Part shown: piece after piece, positions 1-9,469 of the stretch | Numbering within the stretch: position 1 is the stretch's first letter | Layout of the letters: each line of letters opens with the position of its first letter | Source: a virus | Lineage: Duplodnaviria > Heunggongvirae > Uroviricota > Caudoviricetes | Length of the DNA stretch: 64,000 nucleotides | Virus record (IMG/VR): IMGVR_UViG_3300031413_000001 | Reading direction: 5' to 3' (one strand) | Translations under genes and position numbers: made by a program | Notes under the pieces: model-generated | What the model was told of the DNA's origin: nothing | Database searches by the model: none | The model's input: the letters and a program-made list of their open reading frames with translations, nothing else

Positions 1-43
1 CGCTAAATAGACGGAATTGATTTCCCGATCTGGAGGAACCTGA

Positions 44-841
44 ATGTCTCAACTTAAAGCAAAGCAGCTGAAGCTACCGGCAGCGGGTGACCTGCTGATC
101 GGCGGTACCGGTGGTACTGGTACCACCGTTGCTGCAACCGGAAACGGTGATAAGATTCTTCGTGTCGTTAATGGCGCACCTGCTTGGTCGCTTAACGATA
201 ACCTGAAGTCCGCAAACGGCTTCAACACCCTGACGATCGCTGATGGCGTTGGCGCCACGCTCGCAGTTCAGAATTCTGCTGGTACGGCAGCAACCACACT
301 GGCAACTTTCAAGAGCGGTTCGGTCGCTGATGAGAAGTTTGAGTTCAGCAGCACTGCTGGCACACTGAACATTGCCGCTGCAGGTTCGGCCAACGATATT
401 GACATCGTGATTGCACCAAAGGGCGGCGGCGACGTCATCATTGGTAACGCAGGCGGTGGCATCATCCAGGCAGACGATGGCGAAGATTTGAAGCTTATGG
501 GTGGCCAGGGCGCTGGTAACCTGATCCTAAACGGTGGCGGCACTGGTAGGATCTATTACGGCGCAGACGCCACGGACGCTTCCAGGGAAGTGGCTACGAT
601 TGGTACGGTCTCCGCTGCAACTCGCACGCAGGTTCGTACCGAGTTTGCTGGCAATGCAGCTTCCTTTGCACTGAATGCCAAGACGATTGATGACTCGGTT
701 ATCCCACACATCAACGGTCTGGTTATCAAAAAGGACTTCTACACCGTGAACGCTTCGACTAAGGTTGTGACCTTTACGGGTCTTCCTTATGGGTTGGACG
801 ATGTGGATCAGGTTGTCTTCACTTACGAAGTAGCAGCCTAA
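44..841 (+). CDS. Putative virion structural / tail-associated protein, Gly/Ala/Thr-rich
   Basis: 265 aa ORF with beta-rich composition; TAAATA motif at 4-9 upstream. Confidence 0.5.
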   Translation: MSQLKAKQLKLPAAGDLLIGGTGGTGTTVAATGNGDKILRVVNGAPAWSLNDNLKSANGFNTLTIADGVGATLAVQNSAGTAATTLATFKSGSVADEKFEFSSTAGTLNIAAAGSANDIDIVIAPKGGGDVIIGNAGGGIIQADDGEDLKLMGGQGAGNLILNGGGTGRIYYGADATDASREVATIGTVSAATRTQVRTEFAGNAASFALNAKTIDDSVIPHINGLVIKKDFYTVNASTKVVTFTGLPYGLDDVDQVVFTYEVAA

Positions 842-859
842 AACTTTATGGGGATGGAT

Positions 860-1062
860 TCCAAGGTCCATCCCCATAGCCATGAATAGTGACGGTCCGT
901 CCCACTCCTTGTAATGAGGAGGAGACGAACAGCGGTGGGTCCTGGCTCCCCTCTTTCTGTGCTGGGGCTTAGAAAGAGCGCAACGTCAACGGGAAGAGAG
1001 TGACACTGAAGACGCTTGAACCGGGCTCCGCGCAGAGTGGAGGCGTCATAAATCTCTTCACA
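860..1062 (+). ncRNA. Candidate structured RNA with an H-type pseudoknot
   Basis: Non-coding gap; stems ctctttct/agaaagag crossing gctccc/ggggc, gaagaga/tctcttc, gacgctt/aggcgtc. Confidence 0.4.
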
Positions 1063-1087
1063 GGGCGGCCTTCGGGTCGCCCTTTTT
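1063..1087 (+). terminator. Rho-independent terminator
   Basis: gggcggcc-ttcg-ggtcgccc followed by a T run. Confidence 0.8.
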
Positions 1088-1242
1088 ATCAACCAGAATA
1101 TTGCACCAGGTTGAACTTTTCTGTATAACGAGAACATGAACAGACACGCAAGCCCCAATGAGGGACTTGGTGCGGGCTGGTAAGCATCCAGGGTTCATGA
1201 ATCAAGATAACCACTCTACTTAGAGAAAGAGAGAGGCAGAAA

Positions 1243-2199
1243 ATGTCCAGCACTTCGAACGTCATCGCGAACATCATTGCGGTCAAAGACCTAATTGCCA
1301 ACAACAAATTGGCAGTCAATATCATCCATGCAGGCCAGGTACAGCAGCAGAACGTTGGCACCCTAGAATGGGCCAAGCCAGCAGACCTCCTCATCCCTCT
1401 TGATGTTCAGCGTGATCTGAACACCGGTCATGCGATGAAGATTGCACTGGGATTCAAGTTCCTAAACATGAAGCCTGCAACGGGCTTTCGCGACCCAGTA
1501 TCGGGCAAGATCCTGATCACTGATGGTCAGCACACCGTAACGGCCGCCGCGCTTTGTGGCCTTCCGTTGGTTCCCGTTTATGTTCACAACCTTCCTGCCG
1601 GAATCACCGCAGAAAGAGCTCTTGCAATGCAGAGCGAGCAGTTTCTGAGCATCAACCTGTCCAACAAGCCAGTCAACCTCTACACCATCTATAAGAACAA
1701 GCTGATCCAGATGGAGCCAGGTCATATGGCTCTTGCTGCGATGTGTGCCAGGGTTGGCGTTACCCCTTGCTTGAACCACAACAATCGTGCCGGTGCGGTA
1801 AGCCACATCAAGAACCTCAACACTTCCTGGTTCCAGATTGGCGAAAAGGAAACCGAAGAGGCGCTGACGTACATGCGGAAGTATTTCCCCAACGAGGTCA
1901 TCCACGGTGCAATGCTGGTTGGTCTCACACTGTTCATTCAGAAGATGAACAACTATCAGGCCCGAAACAGGGCTGATGCTGTGTGGGATCCAATGCTTTT
2001 GACAACGGCGCTGAGCAAGAATGGAACGCTCAAGTTGAAGGAAATCTACGACGAACTTCACGAGCTAAACAGGAACATTGGCCACTATGGTGCATCGGCT
2101 ACCACTCAGCAGTGGGTAGCAGGCATGATTCGCGAAACCTACAACGAGTACATTCGCACCAACGGCCTCTCGCAGACCCAGCTGGGACGCTACTGCTAA
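1243..2199 (+). CDS. ParB/Srx-like (DGQH-motif) protein
   Basis: ITDGQHTVTAA motif preceded by VQRDLN. Confidence 0.6.
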   Translation: MSSTSNVIANIIAVKDLIANNKLAVNIIHAGQVQQQNVGTLEWAKPADLLIPLDVQRDLNTGHAMKIALGFKFLNMKPATGFRDPVSGKILITDGQHTVTAAALCGLPLVPVYVHNLPAGITAERALAMQSEQFLSINLSNKPVNLYTIYKNKLIQMEPGHMALAAMCARVGVTPCLNHNNRAGAVSHIKNLNTSWFQIGEKETEEALTYMRKYFPNEVIHGAMLVGLTLFIQKMNNYQARNRADAVWDPMLLTTALSKNGTLKLKEIYDELHELNRNIGHYGASATTQQWVAGMIRETYNEYIRTNGLSQTQLGRYC

Positions 2200-2987
2200 T
2201 GTTTACCACAGAGCAGCTAGATGGGAGGAGTGATCTCCTCCCAGTCTTCAATGGCAACACGGTTGTCCTCTATGTTCGAGACACTCATCCACACTTCTCT
2301 GGCGATTACAGCATGATGATTCATGGTCTTCGTAAGAGTGGCGACTTGGACAATGTCTTCCAACGCTGTCTATCAACTTCCAAGAGCGGTCAGGAACTGT
2401 ACTTTCCGCTTGAGGACTTTAGGCCAACAGCGACTGGATGGGAGTCCAGTCTGCATGATGCTGCCAAGGCAGTAACAAGGGCTGGGTATCAGGCAACTAG
2501 GGATAAGAATCTTCCCTTTCTCAGAATGTACATGATGGGAGATGTGGACACCAACATCGTTTGCCCAATTACTGGTCAGCAGGTTGATGCTTGGGTGTTT
2601 GATAACCAGCCCATCAATATCTGGGAACAGCATCACTTCAAGGTCCGTAATCGTGCTTCCATCCAAAAGGAACTAGCCGATCCAGGCGAGATTCTCCGTC
2701 GGCTTGATTTCACGGAGGTCTCTGGTGAGACGGTTGAAGCAATCAAGGACATGATGCGAACAGTCTTCCTGAGCCCAACAGCCCACAAGGCGGTCCACAA
2801 TGCGTGGAATGATTCGGACATCAGGAACTATCGGGCAGAGCAGCGTCCCTGGGCACTCCGGGATTGCGGCAATTGGGATAAGTGGATGGATTTCCTCCAG
2901 TCCTATGGATATCCCATTGAAACGTTTGGTCCCTTTGGTCCTTGGATCATTAGCCTTGAGCTAACCGAGGCTGAAAAGACCAGCTGA
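2199..2987 (+). CDS. Hypothetical protein, possible HNH-like nuclease
   Basis: Start overlaps upstream stop (TAATG); CPITG...EQHH...LSPTAHKAVH. Confidence 0.5.
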   Translation: MFTTEQLDGRSDLLPVFNGNTVVLYVRDTHPHFSGDYSMMIHGLRKSGDLDNVFQRCLSTSKSGQELYFPLEDFRPTATGWESSLHDAAKAVTRAGYQATRDKNLPFLRMYMMGDVDTNIVCPITGQQVDAWVFDNQPINIWEQHHFKVRNRASIQKELADPGEILRRLDFTEVSGETVEAIKDMMRTVFLSPTAHKAVHNAWNDSDIRNYRAEQRPWALRDCGNWDKWMDFLQSYGYPIETFGPFGPWIISLELTEAEKTS

Positions 2988-2993
2988 AAGTAA

Positions 2994-3031
2994 TTGACGG
3001 TGGACTCCTACCCTCATAAGTAGGAGTCCAC
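2994..3031 (+). promoter_or_regulatory. Sigma70-like promoter with its -10 region in the loop of a 12-bp inverted repeat
   Basis: ttgacg then gtggactcctac-cctcataa-gtaggagtccac. Confidence 0.6.
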
Positions 3032-3044
3032 AAAGGAGTACCTG

Positions 3045-3338
3045 ATGAGCACCGCACTCGACACTGAAACCGTCACCAAGCTGAAGGTTCCCAGCCTTTA
3101 CAAGGTAGTCATCCTAAACGATGACTACACGCCCATGGACTTCGTGCTCCAGGTCTTGGAAGAGATCTTTGGCAAAAGCGCGTCCGAGGCACACCTGCTC
3201 TGCATGGAAGTGCATGAAAAGGGCCGTGGCATCGCGGGCATCTACAGCAAGGAAGTCGCGGAGCAGAAGGTCTTCGAGACCAACACGATCAGCAAGAGCT
3301 ACCGTCATCCGCTGAAGACGCTTTCCGAACAGGCATGA
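3045..3338 (+). CDS. clpS: ATP-dependent Clp protease adaptor ClpS
   Basis: YKVVILNDDYTPMDFV...EVHEKGRGIAGIYSKEVAEQKV signature. Confidence 0.95.
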   Translation: MSTALDTETVTKLKVPSLYKVVILNDDYTPMDFVLQVLEEIFGKSASEAHLLCMEVHEKGRGIAGIYSKEVAEQKVFETNTISKSYRHPLKTLSEQA

Positions 3339-3499
3339 GCGACGGGGGTGATAAGCCGATGACGTCCTATGAACGGAAGATCCATTTGATAATGGAATCC
3401 AGTATGAAGCGGTTCAACGGCGAGTACACCCAGGAGCAATATGACCTAGAGCTCACGGTTGCTAGGAACATGCTGTCCGCGTTGGGGATTCACCCATGA
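3335..3499 (+). CDS. Small hypothetical protein (54 aa)
   Basis: ATGA overlaps with both neighbouring genes. Confidence 0.6.
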   Translation: MSDGGDKPMTSYERKIHLIMESSMKRFNGEYTQEQYDLELTVARNMLSALGIHP

Positions 3500-4095
3500 G
3501 CAAAGACATGATCAACATGCAGATTGCTTCTCAACTCGCTGCCCTTGAAGAGGTGGCTGAGCTGAAGGAGCAGAATCTCTTCTCGCATCTTAGAAGGCAG
3601 TTGGTTGAAAACCAGGACCTTCAAGACCGCAAGAACATGGACGGTCACGTTACGAGCAGCTTTCTGCTCCTTGATCCCACGTTGACCAAGGTGTTGATGA
3701 TCTTCCACAAGGGCTTTGGAAACTGGTTTCCACCTGGTGGTCACTATGAGGGCTTCGTAACTCTCAGGGAATCCGCCCTTCGTGAACTCGAGGAAGAAAC
3801 TGGCTTTCCGGCCAACAAGGTAAGGTACCTCAATGAATCTGGTTATCTGGCTCTGGACTTGGACACGCATCCTATTCCCGCGCGACCCAGCAAAGACGAA
3901 GGTGACCACTGGCACCACGACTTCCTCTTCATCGGAGTTGCCAAGGAACTGATTCCCCTGGTCCATCAGGTTGAGGAAGTCGAAGCAGCGGAGTGGATGA
4001 CTCTTGAGGATGCAGCGGTGCTTCCCGATGAGCGAGTGCGCCGTGGAATCAAAAAGGCACAGCGACTTATTGACGCAATGGCTCCAAGCCTGTAA
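3496..4095 (+). CDS. Nudix hydrolase
   Basis: GGHYEG...SALRELEEETG Nudix box. Confidence 0.9.
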   Translation: MSKDMINMQIASQLAALEEVAELKEQNLFSHLRRQLVENQDLQDRKNMDGHVTSSFLLLDPTLTKVLMIFHKGFGNWFPPGGHYEGFVTLRESALRELEEETGFPANKVRYLNESGYLALDLDTHPIPARPSKDEGDHWHHDFLFIGVAKELIPLVHQVEEVEAAEWMTLEDAAVLPDERVRRGIKKAQRLIDAMAPSL

Positions 4096-4104
4096 GCTGA
4101 AACA

Positions 4105-4476
4105 ATGATAGCACTTTGGCTGATGGCTGGCCTATTGGTCAAGCACTTTATCTGTGATTACCCACTTCAGCTTCCCTACATGCTAAGGGAAAAGGGAACC
4201 TACGGAGAAAAGGGCGGCATCCATCATGCGCTATTCCATGGAGCGGGTACGGCAATCGTATTCCTCCTCTTTGGAATGGCAGAAGTTGCCGCGGTGATGG
4301 CAATCCTGGATGTGATGATTCATTACCATGTGGATTACTTGAAGATGCAGATCAACAAGTGGGCGCAGCTCAAGCCGGACAACAACAGGTTTTGGCATCT
4401 CATTGGTCTGGATCAACTTGTACATCAGCTGACTTATGTGCTATTGGTCGCATTGGCTGTAGCTAAATACAGCTAG
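4105..4476 (+). CDS. DUF3307 family membrane protein
   Basis: KHFICDYPLQ, HALFH, HYHVD, GLDQLVH motifs. Confidence 0.8.
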   Translation: MIALWLMAGLLVKHFICDYPLQLPYMLREKGTYGEKGGIHHALFHGAGTAIVFLLFGMAEVAAVMAILDVMIHYHVDYLKMQINKWAQLKPDNNRFWHLIGLDQLVHQLTYVLLVALAVAKYS

Positions 4477-4529
4477 TCGGATAGTCCGACAAACAAGTCC
4501 CACAAGTAGGTGGGCAGTGGAGAAATGGT

Positions 4530-5399
4530 ATGCTAAACGCAACCCGAGCCTATGAGCTCAATGTTCTGGTAAACAACCGTCCTGTTACGGAATTCGACAG
4601 CCAGGGCAACATCTTTATCGAGGGTCGGAAAGGTTCCGACTTTGAACTCGAATTCAAAAACAAATCGTCCAAGCAAGTCTTGATCGTTCCCAGCGTGGAC
4701 GGCAAGAGTGTTCTCGATGGCAAGCGCGCGACTCCTGAGAGTCGTGGCTACATCGTGAGCGCCTGGGGAAGCATTCGCATTCCTGGTTGGACCCTTGACA
4801 ACAACAGCGTGGCAAAGTTCACCTTTGATGACAAGGAAAAGTCCTACAGCGCAGCGATCGCCGAGCCCGGCGAGGAAGTGATCACCGGCGTCATTGGTGT
4901 GCTCGTATATAGCGAGAAGGCCAAGCCCGCTCCAGTGCATCACATCCATCACTATCCGGCACCAACCCCACGCCCTGATCCCTTTGGTCCCACCGCGTGG
5001 CCAAACAATGGCCCAACGTGGACCACGACCTCGCTGGGATCTGCTGACAGTGCCTCGTACAGCAAGGGCACCAAGGGTGTCCTGCGTGGCATGGGTGCTC
5101 AGGCGCAAACGGCCAACACCGCGACCCTGAGTGCAAGTGCCAGCACGGTCAGCAATCCTGCTCCAGCGGACAATCCTTTGGAAATGGGCACGGCCTTTGG
5201 AGCCAAGTCGGACTTCAAGACCCACAACGTCTCGTTTGAGCGTGATGCCATCGTGGCAACCATGCAGCTCTACTATGACAGCCGGAAGAACCTCGAGGCT
5301 CGTGGTATTCAGTTTCCTCGTCGTGAGGTGGCTGATGCTACGTTGCCCCAGGCATTCAGTGGTGTGGGTTGCCCCACTCCTCCGGGCTGGAAGGGATAA
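4530..5399 (+). CDS. Hypothetical protein
   Basis: 289 aa ORF, codon use like neighbours. Confidence 0.7.
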   Translation: MLNATRAYELNVLVNNRPVTEFDSQGNIFIEGRKGSDFELEFKNKSSKQVLIVPSVDGKSVLDGKRATPESRGYIVSAWGSIRIPGWTLDNNSVAKFTFDDKEKSYSAAIAEPGEEVITGVIGVLVYSEKAKPAPVHHIHHYPAPTPRPDPFGPTAWPNNGPTWTTTSLGSADSASYSKGTKGVLRGMGAQAQTANTATLSASASTVSNPAPADNPLEMGTAFGAKSDFKTHNVSFERDAIVATMQLYYDSRKNLEARGIQFPRREVADATLPQAFSGVGCPTPPGWKG

Positions 5400-5457
5400 T
5401 TAGACGTAGGACACCAGAAATGCTATAAAGGGGAGTGGGAAACTACTCCCCTTTTTA

Positions 5458-5694
5458 GTGAGTAAAATGAACTTGGACGATCTCTCGCACAACGATCTGA
5501 GCACCATTGCCCTGGCAATGGACTATCTGCTCTGCAACGCCGATCTACCTCCCAAGGCCATGAAGGATGTGGAAGAACTGTTCTACTTTCTGGATGCCAT
5601 CGCAGAAGCAGCCGAACAGGAAGCTGGCGAAAACCGCCTCCTAGAGAGGACAGAAAATGTCCTTCACGTGGACTTTACACCAAAAGCTGGTTGA
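5458..5694 (+). CDS. Hypothetical protein
   Basis: 78 aa acidic ORF. Confidence 0.55.
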   Translation: MSKMNLDDLSHNDLSTIALAMDYLLCNADLPPKAMKDVEELFYFLDAIAEAAEQEAGENRLLERTENVLHVDFTPKAG

Positions 5695-5763
5695 CATAGA
5701 CACCAAGTCACTGCATTAGAGGGTTCTCTAACGGAATCCACTTCAGCAGGGGTAAGGAGTTAA

Positions 5764-6537
5764 ATGAAGCGCAGCACACAGGTATCGCTGGTCCTACTAG
5801 CCAGCGTCAGTGCCATGGCGTCGCTGTCCGGATGCGAATCGCAGCCCGAACAGATCGCAGACAATGGCGGCACGTTCACTTCCATGGCGGAGTGCGTGGC
5901 AGTATATGACCAGCAGACCTGCAACGCAGCTCAGAGCCTGGCCAACAAGGAGCACGTACAGAACGCGCCCAAGTATGGCAGCCAGGCAGCTTGCGCGGCA
6001 GAATATGGCGCAGACATGTGCCGTCCTGCATCGGCATACGGTGGCCAGAGCAACGTGTTCCTGCCCCTGATGGCCGGCTACATGCTGGGCAGCGCAACGT
6101 CGACGCCGAGCCCGCTCTATTACGGCAATCGTCGCGAGCGTGAATCGTATGGTCGCACCCACGGTGGTTCGGCTCCGATCTTCACCAGCGGCCGCGGCTA
6201 CAACAACCGCGCCCCAATCGGCGCAGCGCCGTTCTCGTCGGTTCGCGGCTCGGGCGTTACGTCCAAGGGTGGCCTGAAGAGCAGCACGGCGATCAGCAGC
6301 GGCACGGTTGCCACCCAGCGCGGTGGTTTCGGTAGCAGCTTCAAGCCCACGCAGAGCTTCAAGAGCAACTACGCGGCAACGAACCCCAGCAGCTTTGGCC
6401 GCGCGGCACTGCCGTCGACCTCGGCACGTGCAACGAGCATCAGCAGCTCGCGGGCATATTCGAGCAGCTCGTCGATCTCCTCGCGGGGTGGCTTCGGTTC
6501 GAGCGGTCGTTCCTTTGGTGGCGGGTTCGGCGGCTGA
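5764..6537 (+). CDS. DUF1190 family lipoprotein (YgiB/YjfM-like)
   Basis: Lipobox LSGC, paired-Cys region, FLPLMAGYMLG, C-terminal RGGFG repeats. Confidence 0.85.
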   Translation: MKRSTQVSLVLLASVSAMASLSGCESQPEQIADNGGTFTSMAECVAVYDQQTCNAAQSLANKEHVQNAPKYGSQAACAAEYGADMCRPASAYGGQSNVFLPLMAGYMLGSATSTPSPLYYGNRRERESYGRTHGGSAPIFTSGRGYNNRAPIGAAPFSSVRGSGVTSKGGLKSSTAISSGTVATQRGGFGSSFKPTQSFKSNYAATNPSSFGRAALPSTSARATSISSSRAYSSSSSISSRGGFGSSGRSFGGGFGG

Positions 6538-6980
6538 TGCGCGCTGGACTCCTCATGGGGCTGGTCCTTGCGGCCGGCCTCACCGCTTGCGAGAGTGCTC
6601 CGTCACCCAACGCACAGACGGCTGTTCAGGCGGTTCAAATCGGAAACGTGGTACATCGCTGCCTCAAGACCGACGACACCAAGCTGAGCACTGGCAGCAC
6701 CACCGATGTCAGTGGTGACATTCGCAGGAAGCTGTTGACTCCACAGGCACTGGCTGCGGGCGTTCGCGTCTTCATCAGTGGCTCGGACGTCAACAACTAT
6801 GGCTCCGTGGTGATCCACTATGCGACGGCCAACAACTCCTGCATTCTCTGGTCGGAAACCATTCCCGTCCAGGAATACAGCCAGCGTCTGGACCTGAACC
6901 CCCTGGGCATCAGTCCATACTTTGAGCCCACCCCCAAGGTGGCGCCCAAGCCGGCGACTCCGCCGGTCACCACCAAGTAA
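6537..6980 (+). CDS. Putative lipoprotein
   Basis: Lipobox LTAC. Confidence 0.65.
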   Translation: MRAGLLMGLVLAAGLTACESAPSPNAQTAVQAVQIGNVVHRCLKTDDTKLSTGSTTDVSGDIRRKLLTPQALAAGVRVFISGSDVNNYGSVVIHYATANNSCILWSETIPVQEYSQRLDLNPLGISPYFEPTPKVAPKPATPPVTTK

Positions 6981-6989
6981 GGAACCGGT

Positions 6990-7463
6990 ATGTTCTGGGT
7001 TTACGGTCTGGCAATCATCGTCTCGTTCGTCGTTGGTTACTTGATGTGGCCCAAGGACACTCGCTCCTTTCGAGTGGTATCCGTTAGTGGTTTGGTGATC
7101 GGCTCGATTATCATGCTCGGCATTTACATCACACAGTGGTGGCCAGTTGAGCACAAGGTAATCCAGAAGGTCACCAAACAATACGTCGATCCACCCAAAG
7201 TCGTCTTCAAAGACCGGATCGTCTACAGGGTCCCCGACGGTGAAGTGGCCCCCGTTGATGTCAAGGCGGCCTGCAGTGGGAAGAACCCCATTGAGATTGT
7301 CCGTATGAATGTAGCCGATGCTGACAAAGATTCGCGTATGACGTGGATTACCGGTCGCGTTGTTGGGAGCAAGATTCTGTTTACTTGCGGGCAGCCCGGT
7401 GATTATTCGGATAGCTGGGAAGTGGGCAATATCGTACAATTTGTCCGAGGTGAACCGCAGTAA
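6990..7463 (+). CDS. Hypothetical membrane protein
   Basis: Two N-terminal hydrophobic helices. Confidence 0.65.
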   Translation: MFWVYGLAIIVSFVVGYLMWPKDTRSFRVVSVSGLVIGSIIMLGIYITQWWPVEHKVIQKVTKQYVDPPKVVFKDRIVYRVPDGEVAPVDVKAACSGKNPIEIVRMNVADADKDSRMTWITGRVVGSKILFTCGQPGDYSDSWEVGNIVQFVRGEPQ

Positions 7464-7528
7464 GCGGTTGACACTGGTAGCGTCCAGTGTAGGACTGTGG
7501 TATCGGAATTAACAAAAGGAAGCGATCG

Positions 7529-8710
7529 TTGAAGCGCATTGAGATCGAAGCCCGTCCCAACTGGGAAGCGGAATGCGAGAAGGTTGGTTTTTACTGGCAC
7601 ACGCTGGCAACCGACCCTGGCGTGGACCCCAAGTATTGGGACGAGACCAAGGCCTACGAGTTCACCGAGGCAGAGGTCGAGCGCATCGAGGAAGCATCCG
7701 CTGAGCTGTACAGGATGTGCCTCTCGGCCGTCGATTACGTGATCGAAAAGGGCCCGGAGATGCTGAGCCGTCTCGCAATCCCGGCCGCATTCCACGAAAT
7801 GGTGATCAAGAGCTGGAAGCGCCAGGATCTGGATCTCTACGGTCGCTTCGACTTTGCGCTGGCGCCCGATGGCACGCCGAAGATGCTGGAATTCAACGCT
7901 GACACGCCGACGAGCCTTCTCGAGGCTGCGGTCGTCCAGTGGTTCTGGATGGAGCAGTACGCGCAGCGAACGGGCCAGACGCTGGATCAGTTCAACAGCA
8001 TTCACGACCGGATGATCGAGCAGATGCGCGATATCGGCGCAGCGGTCCTCGGCCCCAACGAGACGTTCTACTTCGCGGCGGTCGCCGAGAATCTCGAGGA
8101 CAAGGGCACCGCTGAATACTTGCGCGATTGCGCGATGCAGGCCGGCATCAAGACCGACTACATCGACATCGAAAGCATCGGGTGGAACGGAACGGGCTTC
8201 CGCGACATGCAGGAGCAGCCAATCACGACGATCTTCAAGCTGTACCCGTGGGAGTGGCTGGTCCGTGAGGAGTTTGGTCTCCACATGACCAAGGATCCCT
8301 GGGACGTTCTGGAGCCCAGCTGGAAGCTGATCCTGAGCAACAAGGGTCTTCTCCCCATCCTCTGGGAGCTCTACCCCGACCATCCCAATCTTCTCCCCAG
8401 CTACTGGAACAGCGCACCGCTGGGTCTCAACTATGTCGAGAAGCCCATGCTGGCTCGCGAGGGTGCTGACGTGAAGATCATCCGCGATGGCAAAGTGGCC
8501 GTCGAAGGTGTCAAGCGCGGCTACGACAACCTGGCGCGCTCCATCTATCAGGAGTATCTCCCGCTTCCCAAGCACGATGGCATGACGCCGATCATCGGAA
8601 GCTGGATCGTGGGTGGTCGTGCGGTCGGCATGGGGATCCGCGAGGACATCAGCGAGGTCACCGGCAACACGTCGCGCTTCATTCCTCACTTCTTCCGTCC
8701 GGAGGCGTAA
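7529..8710 (+). CDS. Glutathionylspermidine synthase family ATP-grasp protein (YgiC/YjfC-like)
   Basis: LYGRFDF, KMLEFNADTPTSLLEAA, FKLYPWEW, EPSWKLILSNK, SRFIPHF. Confidence 0.95.
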   Translation: MKRIEIEARPNWEAECEKVGFYWHTLATDPGVDPKYWDETKAYEFTEAEVERIEEASAELYRMCLSAVDYVIEKGPEMLSRLAIPAAFHEMVIKSWKRQDLDLYGRFDFALAPDGTPKMLEFNADTPTSLLEAAVVQWFWMEQYAQRTGQTLDQFNSIHDRMIEQMRDIGAAVLGPNETFYFAAVAENLEDKGTAEYLRDCAMQAGIKTDYIDIESIGWNGTGFRDMQEQPITTIFKLYPWEWLVREEFGLHMTKDPWDVLEPSWKLILSNKGLLPILWELYPDHPNLLPSYWNSAPLGLNYVEKPMLAREGADVKIIRDGKVAVEGVKRGYDNLARSIYQEYLPLPKHDGMTPIIGSWIVGGRAVGMGIREDISEVTGNTSRFIPHFFRPEA

Positions 8711-8973
8711 TGGCGCGCTACCGGGCAAAAGCAATCGTCACCGCGGAGCAGTTTCTGCCCGCAGAGGGGAAAGTGCCGGAGTGCGTTCACGCGGGGACAA
8801 TCCCCTTCAGTGGCGCACCCGGACATTACGTGGACGTTCATTTTGGACGCCAGTATATTCTCTCCGGCGAATACATCGTCACCGACGATTTGGGCGAACG
8901 CTCGGTGATACCTCAGGGTGAGTTCGAATCCACCTACGAGATCATCGACGAGCCCACACCACAGAAGGATTAA
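8710..8973 (+). CDS. Hypothetical protein
   Basis: TAATG coupled; FESTYEII C-terminus. Confidence 0.65.
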   Translation: MARYRAKAIVTAEQFLPAEGKVPECVHAGTIPFSGAPGHYVDVHFGRQYILSGEYIVTDDLGERSVIPQGEFESTYEIIDEPTPQKD

Positions 8974-8975
8974 TC

Positions 8976-9398
8976 ATGACCGAACGCGCAGCTACAGTCC
9001 ACTATTTCCTGGACACACTTCCCCACTTCCTGGGCTATTTCGCGATCGCCGCCCTTCTGGGCGCACTGTTCCTCGTGGCCTTCCAGGCAGTCACGCCCCA
9101 GAAGGAATTTGCGCTCATCCGTGAGGGCAAGCTGGCCCCGGCAATCTCGCTGGTCGGCGCTTTCGTGGGCTTCGCCATTCCAATGGCGGTTGTGGTCGGC
9201 CACAGTGCAAACTTCACGGACGTGATCCTCTGGGGCCTGACTGCCCTGGTCGTGCAGGTGATCGCATTCTTCATCGTGGAAAAGGCATTCGGTCGCATCA
9301 GCGCACGGATCTCAGAAAACTGCTATGCAAGCGGTGTGTTCCTCGGTGGTATCGCCATCGGCGTCGGCATCCTGCAGGCAGGTTGCATGGTCCCCTAA
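8976..9398 (+). CDS. DUF350 family membrane protein (YjfL-like)
   Basis: Four TM helices, TPQKEFALIREGKLAPAISL. Confidence 0.85.
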   Translation: MTERAATVHYFLDTLPHFLGYFAIAALLGALFLVAFQAVTPQKEFALIREGKLAPAISLVGAFVGFAIPMAVVVGHSANFTDVILWGLTALVVQVIAFFIVEKAFGRISARISENCYASGVFLGGIAIGVGILQAGCMVP

Positions 9399-9424
9399 CG
9401 ACCAAGCATTCCTGACAGAAAGTG

Positions 9425-9451
9425 GGGGTTCAGCTAAATACTGGACCCCCT
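9425..9451 (+). promoter_or_regulatory. Putative late promoter CTAAATA in the loop of an inverted repeat
   Basis: gggggttcag-ctaaata-ctggaccccc. Confidence 0.55.
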
Positions 9452-9469
9452 TTTCTACCTGAGGCGTCC

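Noticed and set aside
7403-8734. 443-aa antisense ORF
   Set aside because: Shadow of the GC3-biased GSP synthase gene; the same applies to 22252-23430, 19355-20260 and 56099-56917
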